Shown here one piece after another: positions 59,251 through 64,000 of a DNA stretch of 64,000 nucleotides. The stretch lies in NCBI RefSeq assembly GCF_009914755.1, contig NC_060944.1, one strand, 5' to 3'. Under the pieces are notes generated by a model. It was not told the origin of the DNA, made no database searches, and saw only the letters and a program-made list of their open reading frames with translations. The stretch's first letter is position 1, and every line of letters starts with the position of its first letter. This DNA is from the human T2T-CHM13v2.0 reference genome, Homo sapiens. Both the position numbers and the translations under genes were made by a program.

Positions 59251-60299
59251 TTTGGGATCTGGGAATAGCTCTAGCTGCGGAAGAGGGCCACAAATAAGGT
59301 CTCAACCAGACACCTGATGGCAAGAGACCTCAGCTGATGCAGTTCATAGAGGTCTGCCCCAAGCATGAGGAGTGGGGTAGACAGTGGTTCTGGAGGGACA
59401 GAGTATCCAGGAGCATCAGGCTTCTGAAGAATAACACTTGGTCTAGATACGATGGAACAATGTGTTTTAGGATATGCAAAGAAAGTTAGCTGGAGATTTT
59501 CTAACCAGTCAGACTGATCTTCAAATATACATAAAGTCCATAGGCAAACCGTTAACATATAATAATTCAGAGACTGATATGTCCATCTTAAAGAATAAGC
59601 TATCTTTTAAATTAGACTCCAGGTGAACAGGAAGAGAAGAGGGAAGAAGAGATTACCAACTAATTTCATTATTGACTGACAGTAAGAAACTAATATACTA
59701 TCTTCCCCCTTATTCCCTGCAAATAACAGGGATATTAAGGCATTATATAAAGATATCAGTATATTAGTAACTGACAGAACAAAAATACAAATGCTCCACA
59801 ACACTGTAGTGAAAGACAAATGGGAAGATAAAATAATCTGGCAAAACTGAAACTAAATGTGTCATATCAATAACACCAATTTATAAAACTCTCTCATTCT
59901 CTCATATAATCTTATTCCCCATTTCATTGAAAAATAGAAACAATTCTAAAATAAATTCACAAACTTCTGTCACATCAACCCATATGTGTGAGCCAGCATG
60001 GCATGACCATTGCCTATTTTCTTAAAAAGGCTACCTTTCCCCCTTACACATAGATTCCGACCTATCTCACCTATGCAGAACATTATTCCAAGATTTCCCC
60101 GTCTATGGAACATTTCCCTTAAGTGTATAAACATGCATTTATCTCTATCTCTAGAAAGAAGCCTCCTTTGACTACACTTTACTCTCGAGCTACAATGCCA
60201 TTTCTCTTGCCTTTAGTACGACTTCTTGAAAGGGTTGTTTGTATTAACTGTTTTCAGCGCGTCTCCTCTCACCTTTCTTGAAACCACTGCATTCTTATG

Positions 60300-61543
<1,244 letters not shown>

Positions 61544-63429
61544 CTATATCATGTCTTTGTTCTTTGGCTACTTTTAAGATAATCTTTATTAAACTAGTTT
61601 TGATTTCTTTATGTCTTGAAATTTGGTGTCTTATTGTGCTCTTCATTTTTATCCTGCTTGGGGTTCATTAAACTTCTTGGACTTGTGAATTTACATTTTC
61701 CGTAAGATTTGAAAAAATTGTTCCAACATTAAGAGATAAATTTAGACAAATTTGGCACAAAAATTAGGTATTTTTGTTTTTCTTTACTCTATTAGTTTCA
61801 AAGTGAAAGGTAACTTAATTTCTTTCACAATAGCAACCAAATCTTTGAAGTGACTATTAATACATTTCACAGGAAAAGAGCAAGATCAGTATACACATAC
61901 ACATACATTTAAACATATGTATATACTTACATATATTAACACATGTATATGTGTGTATACATACATTTATCTGTCCTGAAGGACATAAAAACTGAATAAA
62001 TAGATAAATCATGTTCATATTGGGTTCTCTGAAGGGCCCCAAATAAATAGCACAATTTCCCCCCATCTAAACGATAAAAAATTAAGTAGCAGACAGGGGG
62101 CAGGATGAAACTTTTATTACTGATCAAATTGAGTTGGAGGATGCAACTTAGTGTGACCATTCAGCTAATGGGCCAATTAGCTGAATGACAGAATTAGACC
62201 AATTTACCAATCACAGGCAATATCTGTGACAAGAAATTATACTTGCAGGTCAGCCCACAATGAAGAGGGAGTTCAGCTGAGCAAACCCAGTTACCCATCA
62301 CTATCTTACCAACTAGATAAGCCCACTTCCTCATGCCTGGGGCAGAATGCATAATGTGGCAGAGAAGCTAGGAATGGGTATAGGGAAAATCCCACTCATG
62401 GAAATCAGAACTTGAAAGGTAAACATTTCCCAATAACCCCATAAAAGTGGCAATCCTACCTCATCATATATATCCATATAATGTAATCCTAATCAGCATC
62501 CCAGGCGCCTTTTGTTCTCAGAATTTGATCAGTGACTTCTAAACAATACCTCTAATGAACATGTTGATTAGGAAATCCAAGAGATTTTTGAAAACATACT
62601 AATTGACATAAACCACTGGTAGATGGGGTTGAGTGGATATTACAGAATACTAAAACCAGAGAAATAAACACTTTTTGGATTCAACCATCATCCAAATTCT
62701 CTTTGTTGTTCAAGAATGCTTATTTTCCCATGTTTTTCCTACTGCAATTGCCGTCTTCTTGACTTAGCTGAAAGCTTCAGGATCATGAACTAGTTATCCT
62801 GTGCCTATCTTCCATTAGAAAGGTCTTAGGAAGGGCTTTCACTGGCTCAGCTTTACAAAATGCTCACCTGGGGTATAATTACCATGGGTGCATAGAGTAC
62901 AATGGTTAGTTCTCCTGAGTTGTCACCTTTGCAGATAAAGGTATACAGTCCACTACTAGAAGACTATGGAGTTAGCAGACAACAAAAAATCTGCCAAATC
63001 TGAAAATACACCATAAATTGAGAAACTGTAACTTACTCAACTATCAAACAATGGTATTGATTTGAAATGAAGGTCAGATCCTCACACCTCGTAACATACA
63101 CTATCAAGTAACACTGTGGGGAGGAACCAAGTAACAATTTAACTTAAACAATGTTTGTTTCATTATTTTAAAAGGGAGGCACATTTGGCATAACCTTTGA
63201 ATTGCTGTTGAATATTTTCATAGTTCACAATGAATAATACATTTATTAAACAAATTATTTCTTTCCTACATGATTTCTCTGATGTTACATTGAGGGTTGA
63301 CTTATGGCAGAAAAATTTTCCATATTCATTACATTTATAAGATTTTACTCCTCTATACATACTCACAGTTTAGCATTGTGTAAGTTATTTGATTTGTTGC
63401 TTTGTTGGAATTTATTACTTTGTTGGAAC

Positions 63430-64000
63430 TTATTCCTTGTGGGATTTCTGATGTAAAAGAAAGTTTGATTTGTGGCGAAATGTTTTCTCACATTTGTTAC
63501 ATTCATAAGGTTTCTCTCCTGTGTGTATTTTCTGATGTTCAGTGAGAGTCCACAGGCGACGGTAGGTTTTCCCACATTGATTACATTCATATGGTTTCTC
63601 TCCTGTGTGAATTCTTCTATGGACTCTGAAGGCTGACTTATGGCAGAAGGATTTCCCACATTCATTACATTCATATGGTTTCTCCCCAGTGTGAGTTCGC
63701 TGATGTTCAACAAAGGAGAACTTCTGACAGAAGGTTTTCCCACATTCATTACACTCATAGGGTCTCTGTCCTGTGTGTGTTCTCTGATGGTGAGTCAGGG
63801 CTGACTTCCTGCAGTAGGTTCTCCCACATTCATTGCATTCATATGGTCTCTCCCATATAGTTCTCTGATGTACAATGAGGTGTGAGTTTTTGCTGACGGC
63901 ATGCCCATGTTCACTACACTCATAAAGATTCTCCTTTGTGTTCATTCTCTTACACTGACTGCAGTTTGACTTCACAATGGAGATTCTACCACATTTATTA
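63430..64000 (-). CDS. ZNF334: 3' end of a KRAB C2H2 zinc-finger gene, continuing beyond the window
   Basis: Open frame from the window edge: two degenerate fingers, then five intact fingers ending HKSNFLLHQKSHKE*. C-terminus and neighbourhood recalled as ZNF334. Confidence 0.85.
   Translation of the reverse strand, partial: NKCGRISIVKSNCSQCKRMNTKENLYECSEHGHAVSKNSHLIVHQRTIWERPYECNECGRTYCRKSALTHHQRTHTGQRPYECNECGKTFCQKFSFVEHQRTHTGEKPYECNECGKSFCHKSAFRVHRRIHTGEKPYECNQCGKTYRRLWTLTEHQKIHTGEKPYECNKCEKTFRHKSNFLLHQKSHKE

Overview
Primate genomic DNA, almost certainly human. Gene content and order match my recollection of chr20q13.12 (ZNF663P - MKRN7P - ZNF840P - ZNF334); these names are from memory, not a search. 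Left to right: a repeat-dense region (old L1, solo LTRs, Alus, MIRs); a decayed minus-strand C2H2 zinc-finger exon (~18.0-19.2 kb) with a CpG-rich promoter at ~21.3-21.55 kb; a full-length minus-strand makorin-1 retrocopy with target-site duplications (TSDs) at 22.75-27.4 kb; a plus-strand KRAB-zinc-finger locus; and the 3' end of ZNF334 on the minus strand. The main result is that the KRAB-ZNF locus I take to be the 'pseudogene' ZNF840P splices into an uninterrupted 692-aa ORF (exons 43234-43278, 46565-46691, 47104-47199, 52966-54776). It has 18 intact fingers, including an in-frame 564-bp duplication that read through the old stop codon, and it sits downstream of a candidate LTR promoter. 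A second theme is several short templated-insertion and fold-back scars, including a complex junction that truncates the ZNF663P finger exon. There is no prokaryotic-type system or CRISPR array. Repeat subfamily names, and boundaries lacking a TSD, are by-eye estimates.
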